Source: Anaerolineae bacterium
GTDB lineage: Bacteria > Chloroflexota > Anaerolineae > UBA1429
DNA: 64,000 bases
Direction: 5' to 3'
Assembly: GCA_963675785.1 (NCBI GenBank)
Contig: OY776562.1
Coordinates: forward strand, 1,408,001 to 1,472,000
A program made the translations under genes and the position numbers. This document shows positions 39,847 through 49,390 of the stretch, in pieces (positions within the stretch are counted from its first letter, which is position 1; each line of letters begins with the position of its first letter). The notes beneath the pieces are model-generated. The model did no database searches and was not told the origin of the DNA. It saw nothing but the letters and a program-made list of their open reading frames with translations.

Positions 39847-40359
39847 ATGCCAGATATTACCGTTGCTCTGGCCGGCAACCCCAACTGCGGCAAGAGCACC
39901 CTATTTAATGCCCTCACCGGCTCTCGTCAGCACGTGGGCAACTGGCCGGGCAAAACTGTCGAGCAAAAATCGGGCCACTGCACCCTGGATGGCCGCGACA
40001 TCGAGGTCGTCGATCTGCCCGGTACCTATAGTCTCACCGCCTTTTCAGCCGAAGAGGTCATTACCCGAGACTATATCATCAACGACCACCCCGACGTGGT
40101 CATTGACGTCATTGATTCCACCAACCTGGAACGCAATCTCTATCTCACCCTGCAGATCATGGAGCTGGGCGTGCCCGTCGTGCTGGCCCTCAACATGACC
40201 GACCTGTCCGAAGAACGCGGGCTGCGTATCGACCAAAAACTGCTCTCGCGCGGCTTGATGGACGCTCCGATCATTACGACCACGGCCAGCAAAAAGCAGG
40301 GTGTCCAAGAGGTCATTCGCGCAGCCGTCGAGCTGGCAAATAGAAAAAAGGGAGCCTGA
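39847..40359 (+). CDS. feoB: FeoB N-terminal GTPase domain (separate ORF)
   Basis: GNPNCGKST, GNWPGKTVE, DLPGTYS, NMTD, SKKQG. Confidence 0.9.
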   Translation: MPDITVALAGNPNCGKSTLFNALTGSRQHVGNWPGKTVEQKSGHCTLDGRDIEVVDLPGTYSLTAFSAEEVITRDYIINDHPDVVIDVIDSTNLERNLYLTLQIMELGVPVVLALNMTDLSEERGLRIDQKLLSRGLMDAPIITTTASKKQGVQEVIRAAVELANRKKGA

Positions 40360-40362
40360 GCC

Positions 40363-42063
40363 ATGTCCATGCATGAACTGGCCTACACCAAAGGAGGGGC
40401 TCTGGTAGATTACGGGCGCGAGATCGAACAAGAGATCGCCACTCTGCAAGAGCTGATCGAGCAGGCCCCGGATCTGTCCACCTATCCCCCACGCTGGCTG
40501 GCCATCAAGCTGCTAGAGCAAGATGCCGATATCCTAGAAAAACTGGAAAAACTCGGCGATCATGCCGCTCTCATCCAGGCCAGCCAAATTTCAGTTGAGC
40601 ACCTCACCACCGTCCTTGGCGACGATGTCGACGTACTCATCGCCGATCGCCGTTATGGCTATATCGCCGGTCTGGTCAAAGAAGCCGTCAAGCGGCCCAA
40701 TGTCGATCGCGTCACCAAATCCGACAGAATCGACCGCATCGTCACCAATCGCTGGTTGGGTATTCCCATCTTTTTGCTCGCCATGTGGATCGTCTTCCAA
40801 ATGACAGCCAACGTCTCGGCCTATTACCTCGATTGGGTCGAAGGCGTCATCGGCGGCCCCATCACCAACTGGATCGTCGCCCTTCTCGGCTGGCTTGGTA
40901 TCGGTGGCGGATGGTTCGAATCCCTCATGGTCGATGGCATCATCGCCGGTGTGGGCGGCGTGCTCGTCTTTGTGCCCGTCCTCATGTTCCTCTACTTTTT
41001 CCTGGCTCTTCTAGAGGACTCGGGTTACATGGCTCGCGCCGCCTTTGTCATGGATCGCGCCATGCACGCTTTGGGTCTCCACGGCAAGAGCTTTTTGCCC
41101 ATGCTGGTGGGCTTTGGCTGCACTGTACCCGCCATCTATGCCACCCGCACCTTGGAAAATGAAGACGACCGCAAACTGACCGGCTTTTTGGTGCCCATGA
41201 TGAGCTGTGGCGCACGATTGCCGGTCTATACTATTTTTGCGGCAGCCTTCTTCCCAAAAAACCCCGGTGGCCTCGTCTTTGCCATGTACATCGTCGGTAT
41301 CGCCTTGGCCGTCATCACCGGTATGGTCATGAAGCGTACCGTCTACAAGAACAAGCCAGCCGCTCCCTTTGTTATGGAGTTGCCGCCTTATCGTATGCCC
41401 ACCTTGCGTAGCGTTTGGACCCACATGTGGGAACGCTCGGCCGCTTTTGTTCGCAAGGCCGGCACCATCATCCTAGCTGTCTCCATCGTGCTTTGGTTCC
41501 TCATGAGCCTGCCTTGGGGTGTTGAGGATCCCGCCGATAGCTACTTTGGCAAGGCTAGTGCCGCCATCGCGCCCATTTTCGCCCCAGCTGGCTTTGATAC
41601 CTGGCAAGCCGCGGGCTCGTTAGTCACGGGTTTCTTGGCCAAAGAGGTGGTCGTCTCCACCATGAGCCAGGCCTACGCCATCGAAGAAGAAGAGGAAGCG
41701 GAAGAACCAACCACCTTCCTGCGAGATGTCGGCGGCATCGTAACCAGCTTTGGTCTGGCCACTTGGGATACCGTCAAGGCCACCATCAGCCTGGTTCCAG
41801 GGGTCAACTTGATGGGCGAGGCCGAAGAGGAAGCCGAGGATCCGGCTCTCGTCAAGGCATTGCAAAATAGCTTTACGCCGCTCGCAGCCGTGGCCTTCAA
41901 TCTCTTTGTGCTCCTCTATGCGCCTTGTATGGTCGCCATCGCCGCCTTTCGCCAAGAGTTCGGTACACGCTACATGCTCATCAATACCGTATTCCTTACC
42001 GTACTCGCTTACATCGTTGCCGTACTGGTCTACCAGGGTGGCATGTTATTGGGCTTTGTCTAA
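40363..42063 (+). CDS. feoB: FeoB helical + membrane domain
   Basis: RWLAIKLLE, LEDSGYMARAAFVMD, GFGCTVPA, MSCGARLP, FVMELPPY, LYAPC. Confidence 0.9.
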   Translation: MSMHELAYTKGGALVDYGREIEQEIATLQELIEQAPDLSTYPPRWLAIKLLEQDADILEKLEKLGDHAALIQASQISVEHLTTVLGDDVDVLIADRRYGYIAGLVKEAVKRPNVDRVTKSDRIDRIVTNRWLGIPIFLLAMWIVFQMTANVSAYYLDWVEGVIGGPITNWIVALLGWLGIGGGWFESLMVDGIIAGVGGVLVFVPVLMFLYFFLALLEDSGYMARAAFVMDRAMHALGLHGKSFLPMLVGFGCTVPAIYATRTLENEDDRKLTGFLVPMMSCGARLPVYTIFAAAFFPKNPGGLVFAMYIVGIALAVITGMVMKRTVYKNKPAAPFVMELPPYRMPTLRSVWTHMWERSAAFVRKAGTIILAVSIVLWFLMSLPWGVEDPADSYFGKASAAIAPIFAPAGFDTWQAAGSLVTGFLAKEVVVSTMSQAYAIEEEEEAEEPTTFLRDVGGIVTSFGLATWDTVKATISLVPGVNLMGEAEEEAEDPALVKALQNSFTPLAAVAFNLFVLLYAPCMVAIAAFRQEFGTRYMLINTVFLTVLAYIVAVLVYQGGMLLGFV

Positions 42064-42120
42064 TACCTCTGTAACCAAACGACCGCCAGCACAAGCTGGC
42101 GGTCGTCAAGGAGAAAATCA

Positions 42121-42402
42121 TTGTTGAGAAAACTGTTAGCGTATATCGCTCAGGGTAAACTCACCTATCAAGAGATCATGCAGCGTTTGGAAATCAGCAC
42201 CGAATTGATGGGCGCCCTGTTGGCTGAACTGGTGCGCAAGGGCTATTTGGAAATCGTCGAGTCCAGTAGCTGTTCATCATGTTCCACCTGCCCTGGCTGC
42301 TCTGCAGGTACTTTCTGCGGCAGTTCCGCCGAGGTGGCCAACTCTTGGCAGCTTACGGATAGTGGACGTGCCTACCTAGAACGGGCACGTAGCGCCGCTT
42401 GA
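42121..42402 (+). CDS. feoC: FeoC-like wHTH with Cys cluster
   Basis: LVRKGYL..CSSCSTCPGC..C; TTG start after AAGGAG; preceded by hairpin at 42080-42105. Confidence 0.7.
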   Translation: MLRKLLAYIAQGKLTYQEIMQRLEISTELMGALLAELVRKGYLEIVESSSCSSCSTCPGCSAGTFCGSSAEVANSWQLTDSGRAYLERARSAA

Positions 42403-42409
42403 CTGTATC

Positions 42410-43105
42410 CTAGCTCAGCACGCTGCCCAGTATCTGCCGTCCCGGCTCATAGCTCGCCCGTACTTCGTGCAGCATGGCCTCGTAAAAAGCTACGGCTAAA
42501 GCACGGCGTTCTTGGGCGATCTCGCGGCCTCTGGCCGTATAAAAACGATCGTACAATTTGATGAGCTTGAACTGATACTCTTGGAAAAATGAGGCGGGCG
42601 CGTTGCCAGTCCCATCTTGCACCTGCCCCTGCTCATCCAGGGTGTAAATCGGTTCGCGCACCTGCCCTTTGTAAAGCAGCGTTCGAGCGATGCCCAATGT
42701 GCCGGTCACGTCTAGCTTGTCGGCATCGAACAGAACGCGTGCTTCGATGCTCTGTGGCAGATTACTACTGCGGTGTAGTTTACCGTCACGGTACCGATGG
42801 CTGGCGATGCAATCACGTACCCGCCCGGCTCGCTCGTCCGACCAACCGTTGGCTGTCAGATAATCGTAGGCCATGGCCGCCCCTTCTTGGGCGTGACAGA
42901 GCTGCGGATTCTGGAATTGTCGCTCTCGGCCAATGTCGTGCAGCAAACAGGCGGCCAGTAGGATATCCATATCCACCGTTGGCTCGCTCTGGGCAATTTC
43001 CAGCGCCATATACAGCACCCGATAAACGTGCTCCTTATCGTGAGCGCTGTCATTCATGCAAGCCAGCATATAGCCCTCGATTTTGTCGTATTCCGTCTTT
43101 AGCAT
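42410..43105 (-). CDS. HD domain phosphohydrolase
   Basis: AHDKEHVYRV, LLHDIGR, HAQEGA, SHRY, LFDADKLD. Confidence 0.85.
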   Translation of the reverse strand: MLKTEYDKIEGYMLACMNDSAHDKEHVYRVLYMALEIAQSEPTVDMDILLAACLLHDIGRERQFQNPQLCHAQEGAAMAYDYLTANGWSDERAGRVRDCIASHRYRDGKLHRSSNLPQSIEARVLFDADKLDVTGTLGIARTLLYKGQVREPIYTLDEQGQVQDGTGNAPASFFQEYQFKLIKLYDRFYTARGREIAQERRALAVAFYEAMLHEVRASYEPGRQILGSVLS

Positions 43106-43316
43106 GTCACTTGCTTTCTACTGAGGGAATGCTTGGTTTTACCACACAAGCCATCCGCCAAGCCAAAACAGCATCGTTTGCTTTTTCAACCCGGCGTTCA
43201 GTAAACTGCTTATTGTGCTAGAATAGCAAGCAGAATCAGTGCAACAACCCTTGGTGAGCCCTCAAGGTTTCCTAGTCGTAAGAGGTCGAACAATGGCCCA
43301 GTGCCGAGAAGAACCC

Positions 43317-44237
43317 ATGGATCAGATCAGCCGCACCGTCCAGGAATACCTGGTGGCCGTGGCGCGCCTTCGCGTGGGTCAGGCACCGGTGCCCCTTTCA
43401 CAATTGGCCTCCGAGCTGCAGGTCTCGCCGGTCAGCGTCAACGAGATGTGCCGTCGCCTGCAGGATCAGGACCTGGCCGAATACCGCCCCTACAAGGGCG
43501 TCAGCCTCACCGAACATGGCGAGCGCATTGCCACCTACATCATCCGGCGGCACCGTCTGTGGGAGGTCTTTCTCGTCGAGAGGCTGGGCCTGGATATGGA
43601 TCAGGCTCACACCTCTGCCTGCGGCTTGGAGCATGAAACCAGCCAGGAGGTCGCCGCTCGGCTCAGTGCCTTTTTGGGGAACCCGCGGGTCAATCCCCAG
43701 GGCCTGCCCATTCCTGCCTTTGATCAGGAATCCACCGCCAGCACCGGCGTCCCGCTTGATACCATGGAGGCAGGCACCACCGCCGCAGTGCTCGCCATCG
43801 ACGCCGACGAAGAAACGCGCGAATTACTCGCTACGCAGGGGCTCCATCCTGGTTCGCGCCTTAACATTATGACGCGTACCGGCTCGACGCTCCTCGTCCA
43901 CACCGAACACGGTTCCCTCAGCCTCTCGACCCAAATGGCCGCCGACATCATCGCCGTCGTTGAGCAGGATCAAGAGGATGAGCAACTCAAATCCGAGCCC
44001 GAACAAGTACTCCCTCTGGCCTCGCTGGAACCCGGCCAAAGCGGCCTAGTATTGCGCGTCAATGGGCGTGGCCCTGCTGCACGTCGCATCATTGAGATGG
44101 GCTTTTCGTCCGGCGCCGAGGTCAAGGTGCTCAAACGCGCCCCGTTGGGCGGCCCCGTCGAATACGAGGTGCGCGGCTATCACGTCAGTCTGCGCCGTAG
44201 CGAGGCCGAGGCTGTCATCGTCGAACTCTCTGAATAA
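43317..44237 (+). CDS. DtxR/MntR family metal-dependent repressor with two FeoA-like domains
   Basis: QEYL, VSPVSVNEM, RRHRLWEVFL, ACGLEH, NPQGLPIP; final RIIEMGF..APLGGPVEY. Confidence 0.85.
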   Translation: MDQISRTVQEYLVAVARLRVGQAPVPLSQLASELQVSPVSVNEMCRRLQDQDLAEYRPYKGVSLTEHGERIATYIIRRHRLWEVFLVERLGLDMDQAHTSACGLEHETSQEVAARLSAFLGNPRVNPQGLPIPAFDQESTASTGVPLDTMEAGTTAAVLAIDADEETRELLATQGLHPGSRLNIMTRTGSTLLVHTEHGSLSLSTQMAADIIAVVEQDQEDEQLKSEPEQVLPLASLEPGQSGLVLRVNGRGPAARRIIEMGFSSGAEVKVLKRAPLGGPVEYEVRGYHVSLRRSEAEAVIVELSE

Positions 44238-44276
44238 CGCTCTCACGTTACCAAAACCTTAGAATGCAGGTTCCTT

Positions 44277-44915
44277 ATGGCTTCACCATCGTCCGCTCGC
44301 AGCTTTTGGGATGATTTCGCCCCGCGCTACGACCGTTTCATGAGCCACTTTTCGCCGGGCTATCCAGCCCTCATCCTTCACCTCGATGCCGACCTTCGCG
44401 CTCAAGGCGCAGCCGACATCCTCGAGATCGCCACAGGCACCGGCCAAATCGCGCTCGAGCTAACCCAGCGCGATGCCCACCGCCGCATCTCCGCCATCGA
44501 TTATGCTCCCGAGATGATTGCCCTGGCTCAGGCCAAAGCGCAAACCTTATGTCAAGCGCCAACCTTTAGCACTGCTGATGCCTGCGATCTGCCCTTTCCC
44601 GACCATAGCTTTGATGCCGTCATCTGCGCTAATGCCCTGCATCTCTTGCCCCAGCCAGAGCTGGCTTTAGCCGAGATACACCGCGTGCTGCGCCCTGCGG
44701 GCCTGGCTTATCTGCCCACCTATTGCCACGGCCAAACGCTCCGCGCCCAGATTCTCTCGCGCTGTATGGGCTTGTTCGGTTTCCCTGGCAAGCAGCGCTT
44801 CAAGCAATCAACCCTGCGCAATCTGGTAGAAAGCAGCGGCCTGCAAGTTGTCGCCTCTCACCTGAACTATGAATCCATCCCCCTCTGCTACCTCCGGGCG
44901 CAACTACCTGCCTAA
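44277..44915 (+). CDS. Class I SAM-dependent methyltransferase
   Basis: ILEIATGTG, IDYAPEMI, LPFPDHSFD, EIHRVLRP. Confidence 0.85.
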   Translation: MASPSSARSFWDDFAPRYDRFMSHFSPGYPALILHLDADLRAQGAADILEIATGTGQIALELTQRDAHRRISAIDYAPEMIALAQAKAQTLCQAPTFSTADACDLPFPDHSFDAVICANALHLLPQPELALAEIHRVLRPAGLAYLPTYCHGQTLRAQILSRCMGLFGFPGKQRFKQSTLRNLVESSGLQVVASHLNYESIPLCYLRAQLPA

Positions 44916-44928
44916 CCCAATGTCATAA

Positions 44929-44954
44929 AAAGGGCTGCCGCTTGGCAGCCCTTC
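44929..44954. terminator. Bidirectional terminator
   Basis: AAGGGCTGCC-GCTT-GGCAGCCCTT. Confidence 0.7.
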
Positions 44955-44968
44955 ACTTTCTTACATCC

Positions 44969-47536
44969 TTACAGGTTCAAGTGGATATCGTACATCTCGC
45001 CGTGATAGCGAACACGAATCTCGCCCGACCCAAACTCGCTGTGCGCCCAGGCGCTGTCCACCAGCGGATACCCTCGCGTAGCCAGAGGCTCTCCTTCCAC
45101 GCTGGATCGGTCGATCCACCCCGTCACAAAGGTGCCAATCGAGGGCGAATGATAGGTGACCTTCTCCCCCTCACAAACGACGCTGGCTGTGGTAACGGCC
45201 TGCACAAAGGCATCGAAATTGTCCCAATCCGCCTCGCGCCCACACTCCACCAGCCACACGTTCTGGGGCGCCGAGCATTGCAGCTCCCTGCCCTGATACT
45301 GGCCATAGCCATCATTGTCATAGCCGTGCTGCGAATAGATCGCCGCATAGCCCTTGCCCTTACGCACCACCACCCACTTGCCCAACTCACGCACCTCGTC
45401 AAAACGCGCTCGCTCGATCCAGCAGTGGCTCATCCAGTTGAACTTGTCCATCCGCCAGCTCAGCGACATCACGTTCTTGTGCTGAATGATGCGCGGCAGT
45501 GTCGCGCTTCCGCCCCAATAATCGGGGCGCAATCCGCCGCCTTCGCCGCTGGTGCTCGGGCACGTCCAAAACAGCGAAATACCCTCGTCAAAGGTCGCCT
45601 GTGCCGGATGCACCGTCACGTTGTTGGTCCGCAACTGATCCTGCATACTGGCGATGGTGTAATCCGGTGTGCGGTGCACGATGATGTTCGCATCGCGCAT
45701 CGGCTCGCCCTGCCAGCCCTGCAGCAGACCCTGGCGAATATGCGAAGTCACCGTAGCCTGGTCGTCGTGGGCGATATCGTAGAACATCTCGGGCGGCCGA
45801 TAGCGGCTGGTGGCAATGGCCACAGCACCGCTGTTCATGCGCGTCAGATACCCTCTGCCGTAGAGCAGCCAGGTCAACGCCGAGGTGGGGGCAATCTCTG
45901 GATATTTGTTGGGATCGCCATAGCTGCGACCGTGCGGCGTACCCAATACTCCCTTATGGCTGTCGGCGGCCAGGCTAAAGGCCATGTAATCGATCAACCC
46001 CTCGGCCAACTGCCGTAGCTTGTGGTCTTCGTACAAAGCGAAATCCACCACATTGGTCAGCGGCATAATCGAGGCCGCCATATAGGTGTTGGAATGGAAC
46101 TCGTCAAACCCGTAATGCCCCCGCTGCCGAATCCACTCCGCCAAGTACATCCGCCCCTTAGTGGCGTGGTACAGCCCCGGCAACCCCGAGTTGGTGAATA
46201 TCTCCGTGGGGTACAACTGCCCCGCCAGCCACTCGGCCGTGTGGAACAACATGCGGTGGTTCTCCGAATCCATCCACATCACCGTGTCGCCCGGCTCATC
46301 CACCCAATACTTGAATCCCACCACCGCCGACTTGATGCGTTCCTTGATGGCCGGAGACAGCCTGTTCGCCTCTCGATCCATGTACATCAACCGCAACAGG
46401 CCGTTCATCATAAAATCGGCGCAGTCGAAACGGGCGTCGATGAAATCGCAATTGTCGGCCAGTGCCTGCTCGTCGATCTCCTCATAACGCCCCAACGCGT
46501 AACGCGCCACCTGCACCGTCGGGTCGCTCAACCGCGGGTCGGCATGGTCGGCAACATAGGTCAGCAGCGCTTTTCTGCGAGCCTCATACGCATCGGCCCC
46601 CTGCGGCGCCGGTACTAGCTCCAAATTCTGCACACTAAACGCGGTCGCGGCGATGGCCCGCACCGGGCCGTGCCACACACAGCGGATGGTATAGCTCCCC
46701 AAAAGCAATTCCTTTGCCTCTGCCAACGTAACAAACCCAGCCTGCTTTGGGTTGACCTGCGCCACAACCTCGCCGCGCTCATTCTCCAGGCTGACCTGCA
46801 AGTCACCGCCGGGCTCCACACCCAGCTCGATCCCCAGGGTGTCCCCAACCCGAAAGATGTCCCGTTGCAGCGAAATCGAGTTCAGTTCGGCCTCCACCTG
46901 TAAGCGGCGTTCCAGGCTGACCTCCGCACTGGGCCGTACATGGGCGCTCAGCTCCACATCCAGCGGCTCCAGCGAAAAGCCCACCCGCGAGGTACGCCCG
47001 ATGTCGTACATCAGCATACCCAGCTCGTTGTCGCCCTCGGCCAGCTCCATGCTGAACTCCCATTCGGATTTGTTCTTTTCCACCACCGGCTCGGCCCAAT
47101 CGCTGTCAAAGGCCACCTTGCCGTTGAGCCCCACCAAAACCCGCTCGCTGAGAAATCGCGTCAGCCGAAAGCGTGCTGTACCGGCCTTTGCTGCCGTCAC
47201 CACCGTGCTCATGTACATGCAGCACAGCGTGTTGCTGCGGAAATACTTGCCATACGAGAGATAGCGATCGGGCAACCGTACCAGCTCGTGATGTAGCCTT
47301 TGCCCGCGCCAAACAGTCTCCTGCCCCTCGTGGAATCCGCCAGCCAGCAGCGGCAGGCTCTCCTCCATGGCCTGCGCCAAACACTCGGCCCCCACCGTAG
47401 AACCCGGCCGCTCGAAAAGCGTCAACCCCTGCACCGTCGCCGAAACATCCTCATACATCGGCCCCAGAGCCAACCAGGGCTTGATCGCCTCATTCGCCTT
47501 TATCGTGGATGAAAACACACTCTTCTCAGCGCTCAC
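44969..47536 (-). CDS. Large uncharacterised protein, possibly polysaccharide lyase-like
   Basis: Long ORF with GTG after AAAGGAG; FDCADF, KYWVDEPG, SENH..FH, GFDEFHSNTY; function inferred weakly. Confidence 0.6.
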   Translation of the reverse strand: MSAEKSVFSSTIKANEAIKPWLALGPMYEDVSATVQGLTLFERPGSTVGAECLAQAMEESLPLLAGGFHEGQETVWRGQRLHHELVRLPDRYLSYGKYFRSNTLCCMYMSTVVTAAKAGTARFRLTRFLSERVLVGLNGKVAFDSDWAEPVVEKNKSEWEFSMELAEGDNELGMLMYDIGRTSRVGFSLEPLDVELSAHVRPSAEVSLERRLQVEAELNSISLQRDIFRVGDTLGIELGVEPGGDLQVSLENERGEVVAQVNPKQAGFVTLAEAKELLLGSYTIRCVWHGPVRAIAATAFSVQNLELVPAPQGADAYEARRKALLTYVADHADPRLSDPTVQVARYALGRYEEIDEQALADNCDFIDARFDCADFMMNGLLRLMYMDREANRLSPAIKERIKSAVVGFKYWVDEPGDTVMWMDSENHRMLFHTAEWLAGQLYPTEIFTNSGLPGLYHATKGRMYLAEWIRQRGHYGFDEFHSNTYMAASIMPLTNVVDFALYEDHKLRQLAEGLIDYMAFSLAADSHKGVLGTPHGRSYGDPNKYPEIAPTSALTWLLYGRGYLTRMNSGAVAIATSRYRPPEMFYDIAHDDQATVTSHIRQGLLQGWQGEPMRDANIIVHRTPDYTIASMQDQLRTNNVTVHPAQATFDEGISLFWTCPSTSGEGGGLRPDYWGGSATLPRIIQHKNVMSLSWRMDKFNWMSHCWIERARFDEVRELGKWVVVRKGKGYAAIYSQHGYDNDGYGQYQGRELQCSAPQNVWLVECGREADWDNFDAFVQAVTTASVVCEGEKVTYHSPSIGTFVTGWIDRSSVEGEPLATRGYPLVDSAWAHSEFGSGEIRVRYHGEMYDIHLNL

Positions 47537-47639
47537 AGCATCTCCTTTGACCTTCAAACAAAACGCCCAAACGCGCCCATTCTATGCCGAAACCCCCGCT
47601 CGCGCCAGCGTACAAAGAGCATCCCCTCAACTCGCTCAT

Positions 47640-48576
47640 GCCTTACCTCCGCAGGACGCCTAACATAGGTCTCGCGCAGCACTTTACGTCCGTAGGACGC
47701 CTTAACCTAGGCCGGAGACGTCAGCGAACGCAGATCGCCAGTCCCGGCCATACGCCCAATCTGCTCATCCCCACACTGGCCCCACCTCCGCAGACCGCCC
47801 TTACCCTAGACCTCGCACACGTGCTCCACGTCTGCAAGCCGCCTTTACCTAGGCCCCGCACCGCAGGTGCGGCCGCATCATAGGTGCGACGAGATGTCAG
47901 CCGTCGGAAGCGACGGCAAATCCCGGCCATACGCACATCTCCATCCCTCTTTTCCACCCGCTCCACATCCGCAACACGTGCATCCCTAGGCCCCGCACCG
48001 TAGGTGCGGCCGCATCGCAAATGCGGCGAGACCCCTATCAGCAAAGTACGAACTCTGGCTCAAGAGCCTCGACGGAATCCAGTGGATCCCGTCGAGGGTT
48101 TGCAGATGGTAGCACTAGGGTTTAGCCTAGTGCGCCAAAACAAACAATTACCACCTCTCTAAACCTCTTTCACACCCGCCTTACCTCCACAGACCGCCCT
48201 CCCCTAGACCTCGCGCACCTGCTTTACGTCCGTAGGACGCCTATCCCTAGGCCGGAGACGTCAGCGGTTGGTACAACCGCCAGTCCCGGCCATACGCATA
48301 TCTCCCCCCCTCTCTCCCGCTCTACGTCCGCAACACGTGCCTTCCCTAGACCCCGCACCATCGCCAAAGCACGAACTCTGGCTCAAGAGCCTCGACGGAA
48401 TCCAGTGGATCCCGTCGAGGCTCTTGCAGATGGTAGCACTAGGGTTTAGCCTAGTGCGTCAAAACAAACAATTACCACCTCTCTAAACCTCTTTCCCAAA
48501 CGCCTTACGTCCGCAGGACGTGCCCTTCCTAGGCCGGAGACGCAAGACGCTGCTTTTCAGCGTCCAGTCCCGGCCA
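47640..48576 (+). repeat. ~940-bp composite REP mosaic (5 type-C and 2 type-A elements, tandem ~320-bp units)
   Basis: Repeated TACGTCCG(C/T)AGGACG, CCTAGGCCGGAGACG..TCCCGGCC, AGCCTCGACGGAATCCAGTGGATCCCGTCGAGG + GTAGCACTAGGGTTTAGCCTAGTGC. Confidence 0.85.
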
Positions 48577-48673
48577 CACCTTATCTCCCACCCACAAAAA
48601 AGAGAAAAGAGCCCCGCTCTTTCCTCCACATATCTCACTCTCCGCAGCATGGGGTAAACCCCGCACGCGTAGA

Positions 48674-49375
48674 TTATTCTTTCAGCGCCTTCAAAATATC
48701 CCCTAGCTCCCTCGCTGCTTGTCGTGCTTGTTCTTCCCTTTGATCGTAGACACGCAAAAGCACCTTTTCGACAGCATTGAGCATGGTTTCAGCATCTTCA
48801 CTGCGCACGACATCAAAAACTAGATAGAAATCACCGTGAACAACGCCATTTCCAACTTCCCGAAGAGCTTCTAAAGCTTCTTTGTATGGTTCCTCAAGGG
48901 CCTCCTGGACTAAAAGCTTCTTTATCTTCTCTTTAAGATTATACTCATTTATTCCCCTGTCGCGACACATCTCTTCAATGATTGCTCTGCCGAGTATGAC
49001 AGCAGCCTGAGGTGAGCTATCTACAATAGATCTAGCTTCACCAAGCTTTTGAGACAAACGAGGAGGGACATCGTCTAGTCGAGGTTCTGCAGCCGAGTAC
49101 AGTACGCGACGAATCCAATCACAATAAGGATCATAGGGATCTACCATGTCTTCAGACATGCCCCAGCTGTATTCTACAATCGTCACAGCATGGCAAGCGG
49201 GACACCGAAAGACCTTATACAACTCTCGGCCAGTCCACTCTGAGTCACTCTCACTGTACGGCAACGAACAGGCATTGTAACAAATCATCTCGATCGATGA
49301 GGAATTGCCGCATCCACAGCGTTCGCCACAATCTTTGAGTTGCTCTTCAGTAGCATAACGGATAGCCTGCGCCAT
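48674..49375 (-). CDS. DUF4145 (HEPN-like) protein with N-terminal Cys pairs
   Basis: CGCG..CPAC; AAVILGRAIIEEMC..LKEKIKKL..LREVGNGVVH (RxxxNxxxH); low GC. Confidence 0.75.
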   Translation of the reverse strand: MAQAIRYATEEQLKDCGERCGCGNSSSIEMICYNACSLPYSESDSEWTGRELYKVFRCPACHAVTIVEYSWGMSEDMVDPYDPYCDWIRRVLYSAAEPRLDDVPPRLSQKLGEARSIVDSSPQAAVILGRAIIEEMCRDRGINEYNLKEKIKKLLVQEALEEPYKEALEALREVGNGVVHGDFYLVFDVVRSEDAETMLNAVEKVLLRVYDQREEQARQAARELGDILKALKE

Positions 49376-49390
49376 GAATCCCCTCCGTTT

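Noticed and set aside
40357-40359. Selenocysteine codon in feoB
   Set aside because: Falls in a non-conserved linker, no evident SECIS, and a good RBS + ATG follows.
44942-46018. 358-aa plus-strand ORF and similar overlaps (2555..3388, 10983..11798, 20269..20961)
   Set aside because: Antisense or alternate-frame shadows of better-supported genes.
47640-48576. Small ORFs or tRNA-like genes in the repeat mosaic
   Set aside because: The ORFs are translations of palindromic repeats; no T-loop/D-loop consensus.
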